Origin: a virus
Taxonomy: Duplodnaviria > Caudoviricetes
Reading direction: 5' to 3' (one strand)
DNA length: 26,720 nucleotides
IMG/VR virus record: IMGVR_UViG_3300014720_000155
Coordinates: 1-26,720 of that record
The notes under the pieces are model-generated. The model did no database searches. It was given only the letters and a program-made list of their open reading frames with translations, and was not told where the DNA came from. A program made the translations under genes and the position numbers. Below are positions 9,201-17,266 of the stretch, in pieces. Each line of letters opens with the position of its first letter. Positions within the stretch are counted from its first letter, which is position 1.

Positions 9201-9730
9201 TTCCAGAAATGATTGATATTTTAAAAACAACATATGTTGACGCTTTTAAATCTGTAGTTGATGTGTTATTTGACTTGATTACGTATCCATTTGAAAAAGC
9301 GTTTCAACTAATAAAGTCTACTGTATCGGAAGTTGGATCCGTTCTAAAAGATACATTCAGTGGCGCTTTTACATTTATTATTAATGCGCTTGAAAAAGTA
9401 TTGGAGAAGTTAAAAGGAGTAGGTGAATTTATAACCGGTTTAGTAGGAAAAGGATTTAAATTTGTTGGTAAAATACTTGGTGTTACTGATGAACCTACTG
9501 ATAAATCTACGAAAGTTGATGAAAAATATAAACAACAAGGTTTACAAACTGATTCTATTATTAATGCAATCGTAAGTTCAAACAAAGCGGTGGTTGAAAA
9601 ACTAGATAAACTAACATCGATGATGGCATCTGGTCAAATTGCTGTGTATATTGACGGTCAACGTGCAAATCAACTATTGGCAACAAGTAATTCAAAATTT
9701 GGTTCATTTGGTCAAGCAACAACCAATTAA
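6233..9730 (+). CDS. Tape measure protein
   Basis: 1165 aa, predominantly helical; N-terminal coiled-coil-like region, Ala-rich middle, hydrophobic segments, aromatic-periodic repeats and C-terminal IAVYIDGQR; follows the chaperone gene. Confidence 0.88.
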   Translation: MAAQPFDKETIDKITSAFNNLNSETTKTLSQLEASVEAEKQMVDIAKQLGQVYKTQQDKLNDQLKGKNLQEKLQEKLKNSEKELADFAQARINSFLKINSLQEELNATSAQLLIEQNKDPHSDKVKQLLNTIQLKEKELNLEKDLLKSSKDTLDVMQEQVDTQKSLNDILGKTVGLIGDAMAELKIPTSFSGLLKQTYEIFKEIDKVTTEVRKKFALFRSDAQDLEKSIRETSISMADLGVNATDVAETVTTLGKEFSYVTARNESLVKSVLTLNKQFGISADTSAKFLKTLGGISGSSAQSKVNMLSLAGAAAKAYGVGLDEVMKDVSEASDDARMYAGRNADEMVRAAAQARQMGTTLDNMVKTSKGLLNFETSIQSELKASALIGKNINFNEARRLAFNKDTIGANKLILEQAKKIKFNQLNPIAQEAFAAAAGKSVKELQDMLEAETRIKDALNSQDPVVRKIAQEKLKEQQSLKTNSKLAQQKFEQDLKTQKNQERLAVLQSKISQQLQKLMLPTLEAITKAADVLVDVFDKFKPEELIGPLIKIKLMFGKFGTILRESLLFPLRVAGGYLSKLGEVGWIKNLMSPITNLVNNVKKFIGNFEYARSLGSNFSQSFLSAGDAVGGIFQKIGSLFSKISKPVDGIISTFKTVKSVISSIFSPISNAIKPIFEAFKSVGEGSKFLKPLLGFFKIGKVGIKAVPIVGEIIMAIEFIYNAWKRISAIFNDPKLNIGQKIFASIVGLYGAVYDTLIQPFIDIGEWIIKAVWGEKILNGIKASVSSIFETLKSPFVKAYDWIMDMLGGKSPSKIGLAIVDGIKSIVDMLFDLITYPFKKATQIIPEMINILKTTFVDAFKSIVDVLFDLITYPFEKAAQIIPEMINILKTKFVDAFKSIVDMLFDLITYPFKKAAEIIPEMIDTLKTKFVDAFKSIVDMLFDLITYPFKKAAEIIPEMIDTLKTTFVDAFKSIVDVLFDLITYPFKKAAEIIPEMIDILKTTYVDAFKSVVDVLFDLITYPFEKAFQLIKSTVSEVGSVLKDTFSGAFTFIINALEKVLEKLKGVGEFITGLVGKGFKFVGKILGVTDEPTDKSTKVDEKYKQQGLQTDSIINAIVSSNKAVVEKLDKLTSMMASGQIAVYIDGQRANQLLATSNSKFGSFGQATTN
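8693..9301 (+). repeat. 111-bp (37-aa) tandem repeat, 5 full copies plus about half a copy
   Basis: GACGCTTTTAAATCT recurs at 8795, 8906, 9017, 9128 and 9239; unit KSIVD(M/V)LFDLITYPF(K/E)KAA(E/Q)IIPEMI(D/N)(T/I)LKT(K/T)FVDAF. Confidence 0.97.
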
Positions 9731-9735
9731 TCTAA

Positions 9736-9743
9736 TATTTATA
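9736..9743 (+). promoter_or_regulatory. TATTTATA putative late-promoter motif
   Basis: 4 nt before the ATG at 9748. Confidence 0.55.
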
Positions 9744-9747
9744 ATTA

Positions 9748-12348
9748 ATGGCAAATAGTAATACATATTATAGCGCAATAGGCAATGACGGTGCGCAGGT
9801 TACCACACTTTCTAATATACAAGGTGCTGGTTTATCTTTACCGTCAAATACTGAACAGTATATAAATCTAAGAGCGCCAGGCAAATTAGAAACACTGTTT
9901 AATGCTAATAATAACAGTGAAGTACTGTATAGCAAAAATAAACCCACCGATTTATATACAAAAGGATTATTAAGCAGCGAATTAGCACCTCCGTTTTACG
10001 CAAATCCAAATCAAGGTCAAAAGCAAAAAATAAATACAAGTAGATCTTTTCCAATAGAATCTGCTTTGAGAGATGGAACTCGTATAAGAAGGTTTTTAGG
10101 TTCGGGTAAAGGTGGAACTTTTTTGACAAAACAAATATTATTACAAGGTTTTGCCTCGTTTGACGAAACAAAGATATACAATCCAGCTAGTCCACTTTTA
10201 GCAGCAGTTAGATTATCTACATTTGGCGCATTAGAACGACCAACTAGATTTATAGACAGCAGTAATATAGTTGGTGGATTGATGGGTGCGGCTGGTATTG
10301 GTGGCATAACCAAAGCTATTGGTGGTTTATTTGGTGCTACTGAAGGAAATCCGTCTCCACCAAGAAGTAGTGTGGCTAGTGCAGCTAGTGAACCAAAAAG
10401 TGGTTTAGGAGGATTTTTTAATTTCACAGGATTACTTGGGGGTGGAGATAAAGCTGACAAAGTAATGCCTATTACGGGAAGAGACGGTGTAAAAGGATTA
10501 TTAAGAGGTAATACTGCTACAGCTGCATATAAAAGCAAACGTTATAGTAGTTTAATGAGCGGCGGATCTGGTAAAGGCGGTTTCTTCAGCAATATATTAA
10601 AAGCAGCGGGATCATTTTTAAAGAATAATACAATACTTGGGGGACTACTTCCACCAACACAACCAATTGCTGGTTTAAACTATCGTGCGGATGAAGACAC
10701 ATATGATTTAATGCTTAATACCAATAGATGGAGTAATGCTATTACGCACGATACATCTAGTGGAAAAAAAAGTACGAATCTGAATGTAGGCATAAATCAG
10801 GGTAACAATTTATTGTATACTGGTACTCAACCAAAAAGTAAAGGTGGCTTTATTGGTGGGTTATTAAAAGCTATAGGTTTACAAAAAATAACAGGTGGAA
10901 ACAGCAGTGGTACGAGTGGGATGAGATTTTTTGCAACACCGTTACCAAACATAGTATCTAAAAGACTTAGACTATATGTACAGAGTAACAAAGACAAAAG
11001 AAATAATAGCTTTTTATCTGTTACGTATTCCACCACCCCAGGAGTTGGTAAGTTAACCGATACCTATACTATAGAAAACGTAGAAATAAGTTCTGTAGAT
11101 GGAGCTAATACAAATAGATATGGTGATTTAGTAAAGATAGATGGAGATGTAGAGTACAGCGATCAACTGCTGAATTACAAACAATATTCAGATCCAAAAT
11201 TATCTCAAAATTATGCACGTACTTATTCTGATAAGACAGACTTAATAACCAAACAACTAGAACAAACATTTGAAGACGCTAAAAAAGACATAGTTGGGGC
11301 CAATGGACAAAAGTATGATTATACGATGGCACTTGGCAAACCACAACAATTTTTAACAGATGATATTGGTTTTAATTATTTATCAAAAGTTAAATCGGTA
11401 CGTGATAACACAGCAGGATCTAATAACCCAAACAAATACACATATGAAGGTCGAATTAGAGAAAACCAAACAACAATAGGTATTCCAACCAGATTAGGTA
11501 AAATAAAGGGTAAAGACAGATTTATTAGACCAACGAATGATGTAGACTATATCAACGGTCTGGGTGTTTTAAACCCAGATGAATTTAATGAAAAATATGA
11601 CAATCAATTTAATGGTCTTGGTCCTGATTTTGTAAAATTTTATTTTTATGACATTGTAAACAACAGATTTATTCCATTTTCCGCTACGGTTAAAAGTATA
11701 GCAGAAAACAACATTGCAACTTGGGAACCAATAGACTACTTGGGTCGTGCTGATAAACTATATTATTATAAAGGTTTTACGAGAGATTGTAATTTTAACT
11801 TTAAAGTTGTTGCTCATTCGGTGAAAGAACTAATGCCAATGTGGCAAAGAGTAAACTATTTGGTTGGATTAACCAGACCGGCTAATTACACATCAACAGT
11901 TAATGGTGGATTTATCGTACCACCTATGGTACAATTTACATTAGGAGATTTTTACAAGAACCATTTTGTTACAATTAATTCTTGCAATATTACTATCCCA
12001 GAAGATGCAAGTTGGGAATTATTAAATGAGAGTTTTATTAAAAATAACGATTGGAACTTTAATCTTGGTAGAATATATAAAAATATGAGTGGTAAGGTTG
12101 CTCAATTTCCTAGAGAGGTAGAAATTAATATAAATATGTTTATAATGGAAAAAGACAGACCAAAAACAGGTAGAGCTATTTGGGGAAATGCTCCTGTATC
12201 AACTATTACTCAAACTGAAATTGGAGAAACCGCGACAGTTTCTGCTTTTGGTACAACGGATGTTTATGGAGATAAAGATTATAGCAATCCAAGCAAAAAT
12301 GTATTTTCTACAAATATGAGATATGATGTTGATGTACAAGGAGTATAA
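9748..12348 (+). CDS. Baseplate / tail-tube initiator-like protein with a long Gly-rich N-terminal region
   Basis: C-terminal FYFYD...IPFSATVKSIAE...WEPIDYLGRADKLYYYKGFTRDCNFNF...PPMVQFTLGD resembles tube-fold initiator domains (gp48/gp54-type); sits between the tape measure and LysM genes. Confidence 0.55.
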   Translation: MANSNTYYSAIGNDGAQVTTLSNIQGAGLSLPSNTEQYINLRAPGKLETLFNANNNSEVLYSKNKPTDLYTKGLLSSELAPPFYANPNQGQKQKINTSRSFPIESALRDGTRIRRFLGSGKGGTFLTKQILLQGFASFDETKIYNPASPLLAAVRLSTFGALERPTRFIDSSNIVGGLMGAAGIGGITKAIGGLFGATEGNPSPPRSSVASAASEPKSGLGGFFNFTGLLGGGDKADKVMPITGRDGVKGLLRGNTATAAYKSKRYSSLMSGGSGKGGFFSNILKAAGSFLKNNTILGGLLPPTQPIAGLNYRADEDTYDLMLNTNRWSNAITHDTSSGKKSTNLNVGINQGNNLLYTGTQPKSKGGFIGGLLKAIGLQKITGGNSSGTSGMRFFATPLPNIVSKRLRLYVQSNKDKRNNSFLSVTYSTTPGVGKLTDTYTIENVEISSVDGANTNRYGDLVKIDGDVEYSDQLLNYKQYSDPKLSQNYARTYSDKTDLITKQLEQTFEDAKKDIVGANGQKYDYTMALGKPQQFLTDDIGFNYLSKVKSVRDNTAGSNNPNKYTYEGRIRENQTTIGIPTRLGKIKGKDRFIRPTNDVDYINGLGVLNPDEFNEKYDNQFNGLGPDFVKFYFYDIVNNRFIPFSATVKSIAENNIATWEPIDYLGRADKLYYYKGFTRDCNFNFKVVAHSVKELMPMWQRVNYLVGLTRPANYTSTVNGGFIVPPMVQFTLGDFYKNHFVTINSCNITIPEDASWELLNESFIKNNDWNFNLGRIYKNMSGKVAQFPREVEININMFIMEKDRPKTGRAIWGNAPVSTITQTEIGETATVSAFGTTDVYGDKDYSNPSKNVFSTNMRYDVDVQGV

Positions 12349-12641
12349 TGAGATATCAATTTACACCAACTGAAAAAAGATATGATGGTAAAATGGTTTT
12401 TAAAACCACGTATTATCCAAATATACCTGAATCTGAAGACGATTTGTACATAACGGTTTCAAATGAAGACTATTTAGATGCTTTGTCAAAAAAGTATTAC
12501 GGTGATGAAATGTATTGGTGGATAATTGCACTCGCCAACAATATATCAGATGGAAAGTTATCGGTTAATGCTGATAAACAACTCAGAATTCCGGGAAATT
12601 TACCAACCATATTACAGAATTTAAAACAAGCTAATAGTTAA
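12348..12641 (+). CDS. LysM-like baseplate wedge protein (gp53/gpX-like)
   Basis: DYLDALSKKYYGDEMYWWIIALANNI...QLRIP; TAATG overlap with the upstream gene. Confidence 0.8.
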   Translation: MRYQFTPTEKRYDGKMVFKTTYYPNIPESEDDLYITVSNEDYLDALSKKYYGDEMYWWIIALANNISDGKLSVNADKQLRIPGNLPTILQNLKQANS

Positions 12642-12646
12642 GTTAT

Positions 12647-15523
12647 ATGTCACAAGAATTTGAAATCGCAGAAGAACCTAGATGGTGGGAAGTCCAGAAT
12701 ATTCCTGTAGCACTCATTCGTGAGCTGAGACGTAGAAAAAACTCAAACAACGTGGGTTTTAATTATCCATCATCTGGAGATCCAAGTGGAGTTGTATATG
12801 ATTTTTTTAATAAACATCCTAACTATAAAGGTCCAATATCTCCGTGGGTAAGAGTATTTTCAAATGGAACAGGTATGGCAGGAAATGGTCTTGTTCCTAA
12901 AAGTTCAATTTTAAACAAAAATGGAAATGATGTTGCTTATGATGGATTTTTGTTTATACCAGGAAATGGATTTTATGAGGGATATGGATTTAAGCAAGAC
13001 GGCAACATATTAAAACAAGATAAAGCTGTAATAGGATATGAAGCGAGTGGCAATCCACACTACATAGATTTGTCATACAGATCTCAATTTTCTTATAAGT
13101 GGCCTAGTACGTTTATAAAAAACAACAAAACAATAGCTAGCGTACAAAAATCAGAAGTATCTTCGATTTTACCACCTCCTAATTTAGAAAGCATTGAAAT
13201 AAAAACAAGCAAAGATATGTTAGCTTTCGCTACCATAAAATTTAAATGTTATGGAATGGGGCAATTGGAATATTTAGCTCCATTTTTTCTTACGCCGAGA
13301 ATAAACGTATTTGTGGAAATAGGATGGAATCTATTTAATATAAATTCATTAATAGATTTAGCAGATAAAAACGAATGTTGGTCTTTGATCCAAACTCCGC
13401 AGAAAACTGTAGATAAATGGTATCAATCATATGGCAACTATGGTTGTATAACAGGAATTATCACCAAATATAATTTTTCCACTCAAGACGGTACAATATA
13501 CGATTGTAGTGTGGAACTAACTTCTAGACAGGCTTTATTTGCTGGTATGCCTGCAGAAAATAATGTAAGCACAACGGTTGAATCTAAAACAGATTCAAAT
13601 GGTAAAGAAGTACCAACTGTAACGAAGGAATATACAGGCTTAAAAACATTTTTAAAAACTGGTTTGCCTAAACTAAAACAAGTTATAATTGATAGAAAAA
13701 ACTTTATGGAATATATCGCTACAAACGGTATAGGAAATTCAGAAGATTACGAAAATTCTATAAATACTGATTTTATAAAACAACAGAGTTTTTATGACGG
13801 CAAAGTGGAAAATAGAATTTTTATTGGAAGAACAGATGCGCCTAATGTGTATAAAAAACCATCTGTGCCTGTCGGCGAAGAAAGTATAACTTATAAGTCT
13901 CCCACGAAGTCAGATGAATTTAACGAATGGGATTTTAAAAATTTATCATATAAAGATGATCGATGTGATTTTGATACCAAGGGTGACGATGAAGTTTGGA
14001 TGCAGTTAGACTTTTTATTTGAAGTAGCCAATAGATTTTGTACGGTTGCATCAAATAAAACATTTACAATTGACGTTGATAAAATAATAAATGCACACCC
14101 TAATTTGATAAGTTGTGATCCACACGTATTGATACCAAACGGAGTTGCGCCTAAGTTTAATATTGGAAAGAAATTGCCGGATGAAAGTTATTTAAACACA
14201 ATTCGTAATAATAAATTAGATCCAAATGCTCAATCTCAGATTGATAGTCAAATTAAATCTGGTGGTTATTTAAAGAACGGCGATTCAAATCAAAACGACT
14301 TTTTAAAATCAAAATATGATTTAGAAGTTACAGATATAAATGACGAGTTGTACAAAGCTGCTAAAAAAGTTGAAACAGTATTTAAAACAGCAGGTGCATA
14401 CAGAGACAATTTAGATACTGTAATAAATAGATTGTATTATGATATAGGCGCATTGAGTGAGGACAGTCCGTCTGACAATATATCATTTCCGTTTATATAT
14501 GATAAAGACGTTGAAATAAAAGGAGAATCGGTTGTATTGACAGATCCACAAAAGACAAGACCTTCTACAATAAAAAGATCTTATAAAAAATTAAGATATG
14601 GGAATTTAAAAAACATTTATATAAGTAAAACCAAAGTATTGGAGATTATAGATAATAAAGAAATAGAAACTTGGCAACAATTCGCAAATTCTATTTTGAA
14701 TGTTATAAATGAAGCTTCAAATAATTTTTGGAAGTTTCAAATCTCTCAAGACGATTTGGGTGGGTTAACTATTCTAGATAACAACTATGTCGATTTAGGT
14801 GATAAAGCTCCTAGTTTAAAACAAGTATATGTTTTTGATATTGGAGGAACAGATTCTTGTATTAAAAACATCAGTTTAGATACTTCGTTGACCAACGAAC
14901 AAGCAACGTTGACTTTATTTCAAGCTGGTATAAATAAGTCAGAAGACTCAAAGACAACGATGAGTGCTAAAAATTCAAGTATACCGGCGACAAATTTTAT
15001 AGACAGATTGGATGAGTTCAACAAAGAAGAAACCGAAACCGGAGAAAGCAATACGGTACCTTCACAAGAAGAAATTACAGTAGATAAAAACGAACTAATA
15101 TCTTCGATACAAACACACGGATTTGTTGATAAGGTATTGAATATGACATTTGCTTATGTTAAACCAGGTGAAAATCCAAATGACGCTGAAAAAAATTATA
15201 AACAACTCAATTTATCCACTGACTTAAAAGATAAGTTGGGTCAAATAATAGATGATCAAGATACCGAATATAATTTGCCATTATATAGTGGCATATCACC
15301 TAATTTTTCTCTTACAGTAACATTTGATGGTATATTTGGATTTAGAATGTTTCAACATTTTGGAATTTCAAATTTTCCAAAACCATATATACCTGAGAAT
15401 GTCATATTTATGATAACAGATGTCACCCACTATGTTACTCCAGGAAATGGAAAATGGGAAACAGTCGTGGGTTGTTTAGCTAGATGTGTAGCTGACCAAG
15501 ATATTGAATTAATACCAGTATGA
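12647..15523 (+). CDS. Large baseplate hub-like protein (gp27-type, tentative)
   Basis: Follows the LysM gene; VFVEIGW near the N-terminus and LTVTFDGIFG...FMITDVTHYV...KWETVV at the C-terminus resemble hub proteins. Confidence 0.5.
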   Translation: MSQEFEIAEEPRWWEVQNIPVALIRELRRRKNSNNVGFNYPSSGDPSGVVYDFFNKHPNYKGPISPWVRVFSNGTGMAGNGLVPKSSILNKNGNDVAYDGFLFIPGNGFYEGYGFKQDGNILKQDKAVIGYEASGNPHYIDLSYRSQFSYKWPSTFIKNNKTIASVQKSEVSSILPPPNLESIEIKTSKDMLAFATIKFKCYGMGQLEYLAPFFLTPRINVFVEIGWNLFNINSLIDLADKNECWSLIQTPQKTVDKWYQSYGNYGCITGIITKYNFSTQDGTIYDCSVELTSRQALFAGMPAENNVSTTVESKTDSNGKEVPTVTKEYTGLKTFLKTGLPKLKQVIIDRKNFMEYIATNGIGNSEDYENSINTDFIKQQSFYDGKVENRIFIGRTDAPNVYKKPSVPVGEESITYKSPTKSDEFNEWDFKNLSYKDDRCDFDTKGDDEVWMQLDFLFEVANRFCTVASNKTFTIDVDKIINAHPNLISCDPHVLIPNGVAPKFNIGKKLPDESYLNTIRNNKLDPNAQSQIDSQIKSGGYLKNGDSNQNDFLKSKYDLEVTDINDELYKAAKKVETVFKTAGAYRDNLDTVINRLYYDIGALSEDSPSDNISFPFIYDKDVEIKGESVVLTDPQKTRPSTIKRSYKKLRYGNLKNIYISKTKVLEIIDNKEIETWQQFANSILNVINEASNNFWKFQISQDDLGGLTILDNNYVDLGDKAPSLKQVYVFDIGGTDSCIKNISLDTSLTNEQATLTLFQAGINKSEDSKTTMSAKNSSIPATNFIDRLDEFNKEETETGESNTVPSQEEITVDKNELISSIQTHGFVDKVLNMTFAYVKPGENPNDAEKNYKQLNLSTDLKDKLGQIIDDQDTEYNLPLYSGISPNFSLTVTFDGIFGFRMFQHFGISNFPKPYIPENVIFMITDVTHYVTPGNGKWETVVGCLARCVADQDIELIPV

Positions 15524-15912
15524 TAACAAAAGATACGGATATTATAACAAAAAATAAATTAAACTTTGGTAATTTTAACCTAAATTTACCAAATACATTT
15601 TTACCTAAACCAATTGATAGAGATTACAAAATCGGTTATATAGAACGATATGTGGTAACAAAAATAAATTACAGCGAGATAACCGAAGTTTCGGGTGATG
15701 TTTATAAGAAAATAGACTCTAATTTTTTCAAAAAAGTCAAATTCAAATGGAAAATCACAGGTGTATTAAACAGCAAATTTGATGGAAAAATGTTATTGGA
15801 ACAAGGTGTAATTGAATTTAACAAAAAACAAATAGAAGAAATAAATTTGATTATAAATGGTGCAAATAATGTTTTTAAAAATTACACACAGTTTTATAAA
15901 CAAACAAATTGA
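15520..15912 (+). CDS. Hypothetical protein, probably baseplate-associated
   Basis: 130 aa; ATGA overlap with the upstream gene; PKPIDRDYKIGYIERY and FKWKITG. Confidence 0.7.
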   Translation: MITKDTDIITKNKLNFGNFNLNLPNTFLPKPIDRDYKIGYIERYVVTKINYSEITEVSGDVYKKIDSNFFKKVKFKWKITGVLNSKFDGKMLLEQGVIEFNKKQIEEINLIINGANNVFKNYTQFYKQTN

Positions 15913-15937
15913 CTTCTGATTTTTTTTGTTTTACACT
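15909..15937 (+). promoter_or_regulatory. Sigma70-like promoter for the polymerase gene
   Basis: TTGACT (15909-15914), 17-bp spacer, TACACT (15932-15937). Confidence 0.6.
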
Positions 15938-15943
15938 TGTTAA

Positions 15944-17239
15944 GTGGTAAAATATTCTAAAATTTATTTAAAATTAATAACAAGGCACAACAATCATCAC
16001 AATGTTTGTAATGAGGTCATAGCCGTGTTTATTTATAATATTATTGATGGTACTAAACAATATTATAATTTTAAGCACGAAGATTTGCCTATAAATTGTA
16101 CATTTGAATATTTCAAACAAACTCTTCTAGAACATAATCCTATTGTTTATGTAAATAATAAAAAAACCAATAAGTATTGGTTAAATGAACTCAATTTGAT
16201 TGATACCAATTTGTTCGGTTTTCTAGAAAACAATGAGATTCTTGAAGAAATAAACAATACCACCGTTGACTTTATTAAGTACGGACATCAAAATCTTAAC
16301 AACTTTAATCTTGTACTGCCCTATGCAATACACCAACAAGTATTTGATGGCGAGGTTGAACAAATATTAGACTTATTAGAGAAATCAACGGATAGTTATT
16401 GTTTTAAATTTTTCAATAACGTTATAACAGATACACTCTACGAAGTAGAAAAGAATGGTATTAAAATAGACGAAGATACATTCAAACATCATTTTAAATC
16501 CAAAACTTATGATGGGTTTGTTTATACCAACTATAACATATATAATCCCACAGGCAGACCAAGTAATTCATACGATGGCATAAATTATGTAGCTTTGAAA
16601 AAGGATGATGGGTCAAGAGCTAGCTTTGTGTCGAGATATGAAAATGGACATCTTATGATGGTAGACTTTACAGGTTTCCACCCGTATATAGTAGCTAATT
16701 TAATAAAATACGAAGTGCCTCATAACGAAACTATCTACGAACACTTAGCGAAGTATTATTATAATACTGATGTTATTACGTCTGAATTGATATCAAAAGC
16801 GAAGAAATTAACGATGGTGAATTTATATGGTCAGATAAATGACCAATATATTAACATAGAATATTTTGAAAAAACAGAAAAACTCAAAAATTTTTACTGG
16901 GATAAATTTGTTAAAAATGAATATGTAACTACTCCTATTTACAAACGAAAAATCACAAACAAACATATAGTAGATGCAAATAAAAACAAATTGTTTGCTT
17001 ATATTATTCAAGCTACAGAAACTGAATATGGTATGGATAGATTACAGGCTTGTTTGAAATTTACCAAAACCAAAGAAATACTACCTATATTGTATAATTA
17101 CGACGCTATATTATTTGATGTAGGTAATGTAGATCAAAGTGTAATTGTAGATTTGATTGAAATAATCAAGAATAAACGGTTTAAGGTTAAGGTATATAAA
17201 GGAAATAATTACGATGATTTGAAATTAGTGACATTATAA
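15944..17239 (+). CDS. Short family A DNA polymerase-like protein (GTG start)
   Basis: PTGRPSN, motif A MMVDFTGFHP, motif B AKKLTMVNLYG, YIIQATETE and motif C YNYDAILFD. Confidence 0.8.
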   Translation: MVKYSKIYLKLITRHNNHHNVCNEVIAVFIYNIIDGTKQYYNFKHEDLPINCTFEYFKQTLLEHNPIVYVNNKKTNKYWLNELNLIDTNLFGFLENNEILEEINNTTVDFIKYGHQNLNNFNLVLPYAIHQQVFDGEVEQILDLLEKSTDSYCFKFFNNVITDTLYEVEKNGIKIDEDTFKHHFKSKTYDGFVYTNYNIYNPTGRPSNSYDGINYVALKKDDGSRASFVSRYENGHLMMVDFTGFHPYIVANLIKYEVPHNETIYEHLAKYYYNTDVITSELISKAKKLTMVNLYGQINDQYINIEYFEKTEKLKNFYWDKFVKNEYVTTPIYKRKITNKHIVDANKNKLFAYIIQATETEYGMDRLQACLKFTKTKEILPILYNYDAILFDVGNVDQSVIVDLIEIIKNKRFKVKVYKGNNYDDLKLVTL

Positions 17240-17262
17240 ATATATTTATATGTATATTTATA
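17235..17262 (+). promoter_or_regulatory. Tandem TATTTATA motifs; the first forms a 16-bp palindrome with TATAAATA
   Basis: TATAAATA-TATTTATA at 17235-17250 and TATTTATA at 17255-17262; ATG at 17267. Confidence 0.55.
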
Positions 17263-17266
17263 ATAG

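Noticed and set aside
8693-9301. Repeat array considered as a CRISPR array
   Set aside because: Units are contiguous, in frame and have no unique spacers; no cas genes are present
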